Source: Vicugna vicugna
Lineage: Eukaryota
DNA length: 64,000 bases
NCBI GenBank assembly: GCA_013265495.1
Contig: MU057398.1
Location: 682,001 to 746,000, forward strand
Reading direction: 5' to 3'
In this document: in pieces, positions 13,733 through 27,051 of the stretch
How positions within the stretch are numbered: the first letter of the stretch is position 1
Layout of the letters: the number at the start of each line of letters is the position of its first letter
Made by a program: the position numbers and the translations under genes
The notes under the pieces: model-generated
Seen by the model: only the letters and a program-made list of their open reading frames with translations
The model's database searches: none
Told to the model about the DNA's origin: nothing

Positions 13733-16699
13733 GCATACTAAGAAGCCTGGAAGCCTGCTGGGCGTGGAATGGAGGTAAAAATGATGCAAAACAGGTAATC
13801 TAGATGAGTTTACCCTTCGCCCAGCCACCGTTCAGTCTCAGGGTGACCTGAGGGAGAGAGGCCAGGCTTGGGTGTGAAATGAGTCCCCAAGCCTCCCACT
13901 GCCCACCAGGAAGTTCACAGGGTTTGCTGAAACATACTTTTTTTTTTCAAAGAAATCAAATAGCCCTCTTCATCCTACCTCTAATCAGACCCTGTACATG
14001 GGTGTGCACACACACTGACAAGACCATGAGAACTGAGCACCTAGTTCAGTTTATACATTTTAGAGCTGGGAGTATCCTCAGAAAAACCACCTGTTCAAGT
14101 CTTAAGTTGTCACAGGGGAAAAGAAAAGCAAGTACAACTTGACAAGGGAACTATCCAGGTCACGCCCAAGTCTACATGTGCTCAGAGTGCCCTTGCCCTG
14201 AGCCAGCCTCTGCTAGGGGCTGGGAGGCCAGGGTAGAATCAGCATCACTCTTTGGTCTTCACAAGCTCCCAATTTAGTGGGGTGCAGGGAGGCAAGAAAG
14301 AAAGAGCAATACTCTCCTCTGTTCCAGGCCCAGAGGGAGTCCACAGGGGTTCCCTGGAGCAGAAAGGCCTGAGCTGGGTTTTCAGGGCTGAGGAGGAGTT
14401 CCACAGGCCAACAAGGAGTGCTCAGGGCCGGCCAGACCAGATGGGCATGGACAGTGATGTGACACCCTCCCCGGAGGGAGAATGGGTAATGACAAGTACG
14501 CTGGGGAACCAGTGGCTCTGGGCCAGCCCTCTCTTGTCTACTCGTGGGCTCAGATGGCACTTCTGAGAAGCCTTCCATGCGCCTTCCCCCTCTCGTGAGC
14601 AGGAGCACCCTCTGTGCCCAGACAGCTTCCTTTACTGCATCTCCCTGCTCAGCGCACAGAACCAGGCATGGGGGCAGTGCTTGACAACTGAGTTCCACAG
14701 TCATAACCCAGATATCCTGCTACCTTCACACTCTGAGTGAGCAGGCTTGGAGTAAGTAAGTGAATGATGACTCTGGGCGCCTGGGCACTAGGGAGTTGGG
14801 GCTGGCCGGAGATGTTGCTAGGGTGGTCACGGAGGGTCTGGGCGCCATGCATGCCCTGGCCAGCCGCGGGCCTGCAGAAGCACCTTGGAGGAGGAGGAGG
14901 AGGAGCAGCACCAGCACCCCACCCTGAGGCCATGAGGAAACAACTACAAGAGTCCAAAGAGAGGGGCCTGGATTCTCCCAAATGGTCCACAGCATGGGGC
15001 AAAAAAGGGCCGAGGACCACCCCAGTTAAAGAAGATGGAAGAGATGGGATAATCAAAAGCAACATGCAATCCTACACTAGCTTCCCTGGTCTGAAGGCGC
15101 TAAAACGGCGGTGGTGGGGTATTCGCAGACTGTGAATACGGTTCAACCTGAGCCTGATGCTCAAGTCCCTGGGTGTCACAACTGCACTGTATACTCTTAG
15201 GAAAGCATGGCAGATGGTTCAGGGCAAGCAGACACAGCACCAACTTGGCGGTCTGCTTACAAAGGGGGAGATGATACCAATAAATCTGGAAGCTGTGCGG
15301 GTTGACAGGAACATTCTGAAGCAATGTCAGGTGGGCTTCCTAACAATTAAAGAGAACACCTTCATGTTACATGAATATATTAAGAGAGAAAGCTGGACAC
15401 TTTGCAGAAGTGGCTCAAAGAACCACAATGTTTTCAACAGCGTAATGCTCTGTACAGTGAAACTGTGAGTGTGAATGAAGGTGTCAAGATATTTTCCCTG
15501 TGCTAAAAAAAAAAATTCATTGCCAAAGGCAGCCCTGCCCAGGACCCAACTTTTCATACGAATGGAATAACACATCTGTGCATCATGCAGGAGGAAGTAC
15601 AAATGTGTGGGTTATGGTGAAAACAGTCGGCTGAGGCAATGCCAGACACAAATGCCAATGGAGACTTCAGTGTCCCCGGTGTTCTTTTAATCACAGTTGG
15701 CACTGGTTCTGTGAGCTCTGGTTACCAATTCACATAGGTTTGGCATGGTCTACCCCACCCCAGTTTTCCCCATAATAACTCCTATGTTTTATTGTGTGAC
15801 TTGTAGAACACAAGATTAGGAGGGAGTATGCACATGTCACAGCAAAGCAGAAGGCCTTCACACATCTTAAGTAACTATGAAGTATGAGAAGGTTCTTGGG
15901 TGAAAAAACATCACTTGGTAATTTTGCTGCTAAAACAAAAGCATTAGATCAAATCTTCCTTTGATCTAGAGAAGGAAATTAGAGTTGCAAGAATCTTGAT
16001 TTCAGGCCAAATCACTGCACCCCAAGGGGTTTGATGTCGAGAACTGACTGTATGTAATGAAAGGAATCTACAGCCATAGTGCAGAAGGCAGCCCTGGGAG
16101 GCTGTGCCTGGCATGCATCTGACCCCAGGCTCTCGGACATCACAGGGGTGCAAACAGCTGACAGCCGGCAGGTGCAGCCGGCCAGAAAACTGCAGGCAAG
16201 GTGGGATGGCTCAATCCTCAAGGCTTGCAGATTAAAAACAGAGAAGAAAGGCTACAAAGCTAGGTGAAAGTTGCAGCTAAACAGTGTTTTTCACTTGAAT
16301 TGGAATCCAGCCCCCTCCAAAGTGAGCTTGAAGAAACTCCCAGAGCCCAGCAACATCCTGACCTTTCCCAATTCCAGTCCTGTTTGCACCAGGTCAATCT
16401 CAGGAGACGGCTGTCTCCGCACTTTTCATTTCCAGAGATCCGCCCCATGGAGCTACATGAGGAGCAGGGTGGCGGCGATTTCCCCAGGTCCATGGTCAGG
16501 GAAGGGCCTCAGAGAGGCTGCTTCCACCATGAAGTGTCACTGGCTCAGTGCTTCTAATTCTTTCGGCCTCCAGTATGAGCTGCAGAATCTCAGAATCAGG
16601 GAGGCTTCTCCGCACAAATCAATAAAGGCAGCAGTGCTTTGAAACGCCAGCTTCAGCCCCTTTAAAGATCTGAGAGAAATCAAACTTGCACCAGAAGAG

Positions 16700-17750
16700 A
16701 GTCTCAGGGGTCTCTAGGGAGCAAACGAGGGGATGGGGTTCAGCAAGGTTTCCTCCCAGGATGATGAATGTGTTCTGGAACTAGAGAGAGGGGATGGGTG
16801 CACAACACCACTGAATTGTATACTTTAAATGGGTGAGTTTCACGGTATGCGAATTCTATCTCTATTTTTATAACAACTCACTAAAACAGCAGCTGACTTC
16901 ACCAGTTACCCTGAATCGTAAAGGTGGATTTTGCGATGTGCAGGCATGTAGCTGTGCCGTCCATTCAAGAGAAAGAGGCCAGTGTGGGGACCTATGGTGA
17001 CACACGCTAGACCAGACCAAGCTGACCCGAGTGCCACCTCTGAAGCCCAGGATACGGTAACCATGACAGTCGGAAAGGAATTTAGTCCAAGAAGTTTAAT
17101 GACTAGGCATTTAGCCACGTTGAAGGTTGCTGGCTAAATATTCTGAGGGCATTTGATCGATCTTTTTTTTTTAATTGTAGTAAAACGCATGATCTAAAAC
17201 TTACATCAGCAGCACTTAGTACGTTCAGTGTTGTGCAACCATCACCACCATCTAATGCCAGAACATTTCATCGCCCCAGGAGGAAATCCCACATCCACTA
17301 GGCAGGTTCTCCCCCGGCCCTCGGCAACCACTCACGTCCTTCCTGTTTCCATGGATCAGCCTCTTCTGGACCTTTCCTATAAATGGCATCATGTAACACC
17401 TGGCTTTCTGGGACAGGCTCCCTTCACTCAGCATACTTGTCAAGGTTCACCCACGCTGTAGCGTGTACCAGAACCTCACCCTTTCTTATGGCTGAGTAAT
17501 GCTCCATGGTACAGAAACAGCACACTTTGTTTATCCCTTCATCTGCTGACGGACATCTGGGTTGCTTCTTTCTACCTTTAGCTGCTATGTACAAGTTTTT
17601 GCATGGATGTATGTTTTCAATTCTCTTGGGTCTATACCTAGAGGGGAATTGTTGGGTCACACGGGAACTCCAGGTTTAACCTTTTGAGGAAGTACCAAAC
17701 TGTTTTCCATGTGATTTCCTTTGGGGTTGATGAGAATGTTCTGGAACCAG
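16700..17750. mobile_element. L1MB/MC 3'-end fragments (+ at ~16700-16870, - at ~17160-17750)
   Basis: gttctggaactaga...ggtgcacaac...ccactgaattgtatactttaaa; and ttgtgcaaccatcaccacc...cagaacatttcatc...gtttaaccttttgagga. Confidence 0.7.
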
Positions 17751-18331
17751 AAAGGAGTAAAGTGGGGTGGCAGGAACTGCTTCCACTCTGGAATACTTAG
17801 CAGGCAGGAGTAAGCTTTAAACAGAAGTCATCACAATGACGACACTGGGAACAGGGCAGGGGTGCCTTGTTTCACCCACTCACTCATTTAGTAGCTAACA
17901 CAGGTGAGGACATTCCAGGTACCGTGCAGAGCTGTGTGAGGGCCCAGGTGCTAGAGCAACAAGATGTGTCTTCTACCTGCATCCACTTCTCTTTCTCCTG
18001 CTGTGGACAATCTTCTAAAGCATATAGTTAATAATGAAATCAGCAATTTTGATGAAAGTTGTGAAAAGGGAGATACGGGAGCTGGGGGAGACCCATCGAG
18101 GGGCCAGGGAAGAGCTCCAGGACATGGCTGTGACATGGTGACACTGTGTCCCATGGATGTGGGGCTGCTGGGGGTAGGGGAAGGATCAGGTCCAGTGTGG
18201 TCAAGCTGGTAAAACTGGGCCATGACCAAACTCAAGCTGGGTGGCTTCACACCAACTTCAGTCCCCATGAAAGCAACCGCAGAGGGAGCTGACCAAATGA
18301 GAGAAAAATGGAGAAAAACAAGAACCAATCC

Positions 18332-18464
18332 TTTTTTCTCCTTTTTTTTGGAGGGGAGGAGTTAGGTTTATTTAATTTTTTTTAAATGGAGGTACTGGGG
18401 ATTGAACCCAGGATCTCGTGCATGCTAAGCACGTGCTCTACCACTGAGCTATTCCTGTCCCCCC
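18332..18464 (-). mobile_element. tRNA-derived camelid-type SINE (Vic-1-like)
   Basis: Reverse complement reads GGGGGGACAGGAATAGCTCAGTGGTAGAGCACGTGCTTAGCATGCACGAGATCCTGGGTTCAATCCCCAGTACCTCCATTT..AAATAAACCTAAC..A-tail. TSD-like aagaac(c)caat flanks. Confidence 0.85.
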
Positions 18465-21462
18465 AAGAACCCAATTCTTATTACCGATGCTTCTGTTATT
18501 TCATCTCTTCCCCTGGAAAGCCTGTATTGTTAGGACTTGCTCTCCAGCCTCCACATCTAGCGACTTCTGTCACGTTTCCCGGCAACCTTCACTCCTACAC
18601 GCCTTACGGCGGTCCTCTGCACAAATGGGTGGACACGCACCTGGGTGAAGCTGGCCTCCAGCGTCCCCATGACCAACACCCAGTCTTCAAGCCCCAGCAG
18701 CCCATCTCCACAGACGCTTTCGGCATGCTTGTCTTCTCAGTCCCCAGCTGCTCCCTGCTGCAGTTTCCTGTCAATACTGTTTTCTTCTCACCTTTGTATA
18801 CTTTATGTAAATAAGTCTTACAGGCTTCTATCAAAGTGTTGGCTGCTTTTATTGAAGAACAGAATATTTACTAAAATAAATCTTCAGCACAGAGGCAACC
18901 TATTTTGAGGGAAAAAAGGGGGCAGAAAGGAGATCTCTACTAATGGAAAAGGGAATGCTAAGGGTCAGCTCACTTTGTCTCAGTATCTTGTAAATGTCAC
19001 TTGAACTGAATGCCCTTGTTTTCGTTCCTGTGCCTTACACTGGCGTACGTCACCCCACATATGCATGCCTGGCAAACTTGTTTCCCGACTATAACATATA
19101 AGCCACTGAAACGACCAACAAAATAGAAGGAAAAATCTCTCCATCAGTGCTGGCAAAGCAGAGGGGCTGCCGAGGCTGGGGCACGCCCACAGACTGCTGC
19201 AGGACGACGCGCGGCTGGGATCTGAGACAGAAGCCCTGCTTGCCAGGCTCCACCACACTCAGACGTGAGCAAGAGGACCTGCCAGGGAGGTCCGGGAATA
19301 GGGTCCCCACAACAGAGCCCTAGGAAATCTTTAAGGTCAGAATGATGAGACCTGGGAGCCAGGCTGAAGTGTAGTTTGCTGGTGGCAAACGGAAGGGCCT
19401 GGAAGCCCACTAGTGCTCGACGTGGAATGGCCAGCAGCAGGCTGAGGGGCTTCTCGAGGGGCTTCCCTGGGCACCGCTGAGAGCAGGAAGGGGCAGAGAA
19501 GGGCTGTGGGGCACCAGGGACCAAGCGCTGACGGAACACCCAGAAAGAGACACACAGATCCAGAGGAAGGTCCTACGTGCCTCAGTGACCTCCTCGGCAG
19601 CACCATGGGCACCCCCCGACCGGCTTCTGACCAGAGGGGTTCAAAGCCAGTGGGAAGTGGCAGGCAAGCAACATGGATGAAAGCTCTATCCCATCAACAA
19701 CTCCAGGGTCTGGCTAAAACCTAAGTACTGTGTCTGTCAGCAAGACAATATCGACAAATCAGTCCTTCCCTGTGCACAAGCACTAACTGGGCAGAAAATG
19801 AGATGGGAAGATGAACACCATCCCTCCAGTGGAGATCCCAACAGAGTTCTCTTCTTGATGTGACATTTACATAGAATGAGAGAGCATAGAGGGGGGCGGG
19901 GCCAAGGATTTGCTTCTTGGGACCGCGGCACCATGTGCCACAACAGAGACCCATCCCACATGGATTCAAGAATTAGGTTCAAACAGCAGGTGACCACTTC
20001 CCCCAGAACTGCTTTCTCCCAGTCCCTAATAGAAAGAGAACGAAACAAAGGTGCAGAGGAGGAGTGTGAAGGGCAGAATTCATCAGACAACGGAAGGAAC
20101 AGAAAATGGGATGCAGTGCATTTCTGAACCTGGCAGCCCAGGAAAGGATTCCAGAGGACAAAGCAGCAGCAAGACTGAGCTCTTGCCCCAGTCCCACCCT
20201 GGGAGCCGTGCTGGGGAGCCCACAACACCCCGAGACCTCTCATCTCATACGCTAGAAAGAAGCAATGGGTGGGAGTCTGGGACTTTTTGCTTTTCGGTCC
20301 AGGAACTACAGGCGTTCCTGCTGGGAGGTGTAAGAGAAACAGGTCAACTGCCCAGTGAGTGGGAGGCAACTGCTCGTGGGTGCACACGGAGGCAGGGAAC
20401 CACTGGGAGCCTGGGGTGCCCCCTTCCCACATCCCTCCAGTGGCTAGAGTGAGCCTGGTTGTAAGACATTTAACACAATTCTTAGGACAGAGAGGAGACT
20501 CTAGATATTGCTGAAGAGTACCCCTGACTGCAGGTCCCACAGCTGTGCAGCTTCTCTCTGACCACAAGGCACCGAGCTCACGATGCCCAGAGGGGAAAGC
20601 AGTGCGAGGGAAGCTGAGAGAGTGGGAAGAGAGGGCCAGAAGCCCTGCTGTACCGAAGCACACAGGACGGCTGGACGAGGCCATCTAAGCCTGAGCCAAG
20701 CTGACAAGAAATGACATGATGACTCCAGAAACATATTATGGCCAAATGAAAACAAGGGAGGGAGATGGCTTTCCAAAGAAAGGCAAAGTCCCTTCAAGAA
20801 GAGAACACACCACAAGGAAGAGAAGGAAATTCCTCAGAACTTTATAAGAACATGTTCTCAGTAAGAGTTCAAAGATGAGATGATAAAACAGAGGCAGATG
20901 AAAGGGCAAATTCCCAACCCAGGGAAACAAACTGCAGACCAAAACACATCATCACAGAACTAATAAATACATTTAAATACAGCCAGAAACAGAACACACA
21001 TAGCTGCAAATCAAATTAGACAAACAGAAAATGCAGATGAAAAAGACAAAAGCTAAAGCAATTAGAGTGAAGCTAACAGCATCGGAAGAGAGACAGAGAC
21101 AATACAACATAAGGATAATTTGTGTCCCTGTAGTAGGGAATGCAAAATATGGAACAAAGATGCCATCAAAGATGTATTATAAGAGAATTGACCTGAAATG
21201 AAGTCGATCTGCATCTGCAGCCTGGAAGAGCACACCATGTTCCCAGGAAAATGTGATAGAGGACACTCGCCAGTGAGAGAGACCCTGGTCAAAGAATTCT
21301 TCGGGCACCTGAAGGGAGCTGGTCATATAAAGAGGGGCCCAGGCATAAGGAGCAGTAGTAAGAGCCAAAACCTTGATCCCAGGAACAATCTAGCAGATTT
21401 CAGGAAAAGCAGGAGTGATGGGTTGGAGCCAAGAAAGCAAGGCAGAGAAATTCAAACTGAGG

Positions 21463-21602
21463 CAGGCTTGGCTACATAATTTGCAGGGCCTCTTACTCAA
21501 AAATAGAGGATTTCGAGACTGCCATAGTAGAGCATTAAACCAAGCGTGGCTCTTCTAAGCCCTGGGCATCATATAGGCTGCATATTTAGGAAGCCAGCCC
21601 TG
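21463..21602 (-). mobile_element. MER45A-like hAT-Tip100 MITE
   Basis: agagcattaaaccaagcgtgg ... gaagccagccctg matches the reverse complement of the recalled MER45A 5' end. Confidence 0.65.
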
Positions 21603-21759
21603 CTTCCGGGCAATAGACTTTAGAGTTTATTCCAAGAGGGATGAGAGAGCCCAAAAGGGCTTTTCTCGGGGGGGTGACACAATCAGATGAACAGTTTTCA
21701 AAAGCTCACTCTAACTATATGGAAGACACAGTGTGAGGGGGGACGAGGGGGTGGGGGGA

Positions 21760-22200
21760 CACGAGCACTGCAGGGCAGACTCACAGTCTGGGGTGCTAAA
21801 CATTTATTAGGGATTGACATCTGTGAATGGGAGGGAGAGGAAGCCAACCTGGGTGGAGGAAAAAGCCAAGTGCAATGCAGGCCCCATATAGCTGCAGACC
21901 ACCTTGGGCAGCAGGGCAGGGCGAGGGGTTTGTACCCTCCCTCATTCTGCCCCGCCCCAGGCACTGCCGTGGAAATGGCGTGACCAGGGGAGGAGGTTCT
22001 CACAGCTGAGGCCAAGCCCAAAGGAGCAGGCCACTGGAGGCTAACTGCTGACCGCACTCCCCGCCAGGAATGCACACAGTGACCCACAGGCCTGCTGCAT
22101 AGGGGCGGCTGCAGACTCTGAGCAGGCGGTGCAGCAGCTGGTCTCAGGGCCATTGGCAGTGGGGGCGTGTGTGCGGGGTGCAGAGGGAGCACCCGAGATC
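21760..22200 (-). mobile_element. LTR16-like ERVL LTR fossil
   Basis: catttattagggattgacatctgtgaa...tttgtaccctcc...ggcgtgacc...gctgaggccaa...gctgaccgcactccc resembles the recalled LTR16 consensus. Confidence 0.55.
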
Positions 22201-22859
22201 AAAGGGCTCTGACTTCTATATTTCACATTTCCAGCGTTGAGGCATTTCGCCTTCTAGAGGTCTAGGCCTGAGACAGGTATCTGACAGTCCTCAGCACAGA
22301 GGTCTGCAGAGCCAGGTGAGCGAGCGAGGGCAGCTGAGATGTGAGCCCTGGGCAGAAAATTAGATATTATGTCTGGACTCGTGACAGGAGAGTCAGCAAA
22401 GGAGATAAAGAGGATGTGGCAGTAGGAGGACGACCAGAGTATTGGTGGCGAGTAACGGAGAGCAACTCTAGCTGATTTACAGATGAGCACCTGACTGAAT
22501 GGCTCCTGGAAGGTGGAAGGTGGTGAAGTTTGCACGGTACAAGTGTACTTAACAACATGAAAGTATATACTTAAAATGGTTCAAATGATAAAATGTTTTT
22601 GAAGTGTATTTTACTCCAATAACAAAAACTGGGGGGGGGGAGGCTATTAGGTGGCCAGAGGGTTGGAGAAACAGGTTTGAATCTAGTTGGCCAGAAACAA
22701 TACTGCAAATCCTGCTGCCAGGCTGGGGCAGGGCAGCCAGCACCGCCTCTGCCACCCTGCAGGGGGGCAGCACTGGCCGCTGGTCCTCCCCCTGCTGGCT
22801 CTGCTCCCCTAGAGCAAGTGGCTCTGACGTGTACGCCATACTCCCTTGCAGGTCTTAGG

Positions 22860-23060
22860 CCATTTTTTCCTATAAAGGGGAGACAGTAAATATTTTCTGC
22901 TTTGCAGGCCACACGGTCTCTCACAACCACTCAGCTTGCCAGTGGAGCAGGAGAGTAGCCTCAGACAACGCACAAAGGAAGGAGTGGGGCTGGGATGCAG
23001 TGAGACCTTATAAAAACAGGCAGCGGGATATAGTTTGGGATGTAGTCAGCTGACCACCGT
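22860..23060 (-). mobile_element. Second MER58A-like MITE
   Basis: gacagtaaatattttctgctttgcaggccacacggtctctcacaaccactcagct...ataaaaacaggcagcggg. Confidence 0.7.
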
Positions 23061-25757
23061 CCCAGCTGAAAGGGATGTTTAGTGACTACAGTCAGAGGTC
23101 GCTTGGCCTCCCATCAACTCATAAGATGAGGTGACAGTTCCCGAAACAAAGAAGGGGGCTCAGATATGAAAGTGGCCAAAGAAAACAAAGCCAACGAAGC
23201 CAGTGATGCTGCACCAGGAGAGTGTGCAGGCAGTCCCAGAAGAGACACAGGGGAGGGGTTTCCAGGAGGGAAGAACCATGTCAAGAGGAGGATTCAACAC
23301 CAGCCACCGCAACATTGGACACCAGCAGGCACTGAGCAGAAGTCTGAGGTGAGAGGGCAACAGGGAGTAGCCCAATCTTGAAAAGCCTGGCCAAAGTGGG
23401 AACAGAGAACTGGGCAGAAACTGAGGTGGGGGGAAATGGAGATTCCTGGGGAGCACAGCAAGCCGCTGTCACCAGTGGAGCTGTCTGCCAGAGCTGCAAG
23501 GGGGCGGGGGGGGCAGTTTCCAGTGATGACAAAGTCCAGGTTGTGACTTCAGCAATGGGTGGCTGAGGTCACTGGAGCATAGGTGATCAAAAGACAGGGA
23601 GCCAGGCACCAGGAGGGCCCTCTACATGCACACTCAAGTCACCTGTGGGATGGAAGGGTTGGGGACAGCAGCAAAGACTGTGGGCCTGGCAACAAGTCTT
23701 CAATGGAGGGAGACTATCCAGGGTGTTGAGCAGGCTTGTGACAGGGAGTTGAGTGGCATGAGTGTCACAATGTGCTTTTTAGGAGCACATGGACCATGAA
23801 CAGAGAGGACATGCTCCTCCTCCTGTCCAGGGTGTGTAGGCTGTGACAGTCAACTGGTTGCCCTCTTGGAATGAGGTCTCTCTGGGGAGGTGGGAGCTCG
23901 ACAGTAGAGATCTAACCGGATGGAGCCTGGGGGCCTAGGAAAGACTCCCTGCAGGAAAAGATAGCTGAGCTGAGTCTTCAGGAACAAGGGGCAGGAGGAA
24001 AGGCGGCAGGGGAACCATGGACAGAGGCCAGGAGTACGAGAGCCATCCTGCATGGTCGAGGGGCACATGTATAAGAAAAGGGGTGCTAACTGAAGAGGCA
24101 GGAGGCATGTTAGGGGTCCTGGCAGCATCTGAAGAGAGGGTGGACACCCTTGGGTGTAAAGCAGGAGAGTGGGGTGTGACACTAGGGACTGCACAGAAGG
24201 TAGAAGACATGTGGGAGAGGTGGCGAGTTACTGTAGAGTCCCAGAGAGAGAGGTGGAAGGCCTGGCCCAGGTCGGTGGTGGAAGGGATGGAGGAGAGAAA
24301 GCTGGGAGAAATAAAGGAACGACGAGCAGGGCTCCCAGCTGGAGTGACTGGCGTTGCAATCGACTGTGACACAGACCAGAGGGCAAGGGGTTTGGCTGTT
24401 ATGGCTTCTGATCTATCCACCTTATTTTGGGGGAGGCAGGAGGGTGGTAGGGCAGGCAAATGGGAGGAGAATGGGAAGGGGGAAAAGGCCAAAGAACCTT
24501 CAAATGCCTTGTGTGGTAACATCTGATTGGCGTGCGCATATGCCCATGAGCCTTTTTTCTCACACGAAGGAAAACAAGTTCTAGTCCTTTCATACTTCTT
24601 TTTGGTGCTCTCTGTCGCCACCTAATGGGACGTCAGCTGAAGCACAAAGATTCCCTTGTGGACTGACCTGCAGCTGACTGGAGGCTCCTGAGATGGCAGG
24701 CACCCAGGCAGTGGGGGATGGGATAGCACCTGGTGGGGAAGAACCTGTTCAGCTAACTGGAGATCTAGGGTCCATGGGATCACCTTCTGGAAGATCAGAG
24801 GTTCCTGGAGCTAACAGACATATTCATTTATTAATAATATCTAATTCAACTTAAGATAATTTTCGTAAACGCGCTTCGACCTTAACTTCTCCGTACTCCC
24901 AGCATCAACAAATCGAATTGGGGTGGCTCAAGAACCCCAATCTATGAAACTGTTCCTTGGTGTGGCAAAAATTCTGGGGCGCTTGAGCCTAGCTGAGCTC
25001 AGGTTCTGGTTCAAGTGTTAAACATGCCACCTGTAGGTTTGGGCGGACTTACTTTATAAATTTGAGCTCTGGGAACAAAACAAAGAGCTACACCCCTTCC
25101 TGCCAACTGCCTTCCTCCCAGAGCTAGGACAGACCTACTTGTGTCACTCCCTGAACAAGAGGAGGAACAAGTGCCACAGTAGAGTTGACAAGGGCAGGCT
25201 GTGGTGGGTGAGGAGAGGCGGTCACTGCCCTCCGCGGCTTCAGCCGAGCAGGGGGCACAGGCAGCAACAGGTAACTTCCTCATCATCTGAGAATGAGTGG
25301 GGAGACGCCCACAGAGCCCAGTGCCAGGGTAGGGGACAAGGACATGAGGGCCAAAGACCATGACAGGGTTTAACTCCCCTTTCTGCCAGTGAAGAGCTGC
25401 CAGAAGGAAATCAGTATTTTCACAGGCCATGGAGAGGCCCAGCTTGCCTCGTGCGGGCTGGTATAGATCCCATGAGCGGATCCTGATGGGGCAGGCAGAC
25501 AGCAGCTGGTCCGGAACCACGGCATGCGTGTGTTGGGAGGGGAAGGACTGAGTGGAGGTGTGATCCCAGGAGCTGACCAGTGGGGACGTGGAGATCATGC
25601 ACAGAAAATACTCTTCTGGAAAGCTTGGCATAAAGAAGATATGGGGTATCCAGAGGTCAGTGGTGGGAACAACAAAAGGCCAAGACAGAAGACACATGGA
25701 ATTTGTAATGGAATGTAAGGTAGCTTTAAAAGGATGTTCACTGTTTTTCCTAACGGG

Positions 25758-26124
25758 TGTCTTAGTCAGCTTGGGCAGCCATAACGAAATACCACAGACT
25801 GGGGGCTTAACCAAGAGACACATATTTCTCACAGTTCCGGAGGCAGGAAGTCCAAGATCAAGGTGCCAGCAGAGTCCTTGGTGAGGGTCTCTCTTTGCTT
25901 CATAGACAGCTGCCTTCTTGCTGTGTCCTCCTCAAATGGCAGGGAGTGAGCTCTGTGGTGTCTCTTCTTCTAAGGGCACTAATCCCACTGGGCCCCAATC
26001 TCATGGCCTCATCTAATCCTAACGACATCCCAAAGGCCCCGCCTCCAAACATCCTTCACAAAGCTGGGGTTAGGGCATCAACATACGAATTGGGGGGGGG
26101 ATACAAACACTTTAGTCCATAACA
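25758..26124 (-). mobile_element. MLT1A-like MaLR solo LTR
   Basis: tgtcttagtcagcttgggcagccataacgaaataccacagactggg...tttctcacagttccggaggcaggaagtccaagatcaaggtgcc...tagtccataaca. Confidence 0.85.
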
Positions 26125-27051
26125 GTGGGGATGCTTATATCCTATTTTCAAATGGTAAGTGAAAGAAAAAGCAGAATGTGACACTACATATACCGTACGA
26201 CACCAATTAAAACTCATTCCAAGAGTGCATAGTACAATTTGAATATATCTAATGCCACTAAAATGTACACTTAAAAATGAACTGAAGACAAGAGAAGGCA
26301 AGAAAGGAGAAAAAATAAAGAACAGAAAATGTGGAAAAAATCAAATGCACAAAATAGAATGGTATAAACAAACCTAAATACATCAGTAATTAAATAGATG
26401 CTAATGGATGTAACAGACAGAATGGACTTAAAAAATATCCAGCTATTTGCCATTTTCAAGAGCTACATCTAATCCATACACACACAGAAGGGAGGAAAAT
26501 AAACAGCGGCAGTGCTGACCAAAAACACAGGTGGCGCAGCATGCAGCACTACTGTGAGATTCCGAAGCAAAATCCAAGGCGAAAGCGCTGTCAGTTACAA
26601 AGAGGGCCACTTTATAATGCCAAAGGTTTGATTCAGCAGGAAGACAAAATGGTTTCTAAAACTGAAAATCTGGCCTCAAAATAAATAATAAAGCTAAAAC
26701 TAACAAAGCCCTCAGAGACACTGGTGTGTCCAGCAGCCCAGCAGGAGACTGTGACACACATTCCCCAGCAGTGGGGGGTCAAGCAGAACAACAGGAAGAA
26801 GAGAAGACACTTCCTCTGACCCACACAGCCCATGCTGGTCCCGGCGGTCACATTGCTTCATGAGCCGTGAGGCTGATGCCCCGCAGACCACGTTCTTGGA
26901 GCACAGTGCCATTTAGCTAGAACTTGATTTTTTAAAACAGTAACTAGGAAAAAATATCCCAAAGCCATGTACTTGGAAATTTAAAAACACATTTCTAAAT
27001 AATTTATGGGTCAAAGAAAGAATCACAGAGGAAATTTAAAAACCCTTCGAG

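Noticed and set aside
18395..18464. tRNA-like sequences here and at 38431-38500
   Set aside because: A/B boxes are present, but A tails, TSDs and broken cloverleaf stems identify them as SINEs, not tRNA genes.
19737..20684. 315-aa minus-strand intronic ORF
   Set aside because: No recognisable protein features; Ser/Pro/Leu/Cys-rich as expected for chance ORFs in stop-poor pyrimidine-rich DNA. A BLASTP/PhyloCSF check would be needed to revive it.
25011..25832. 273-aa minus-strand ORF
   Set aside because: Starts within an MLT1A LTR on a non-ATG codon; no homology recognised.
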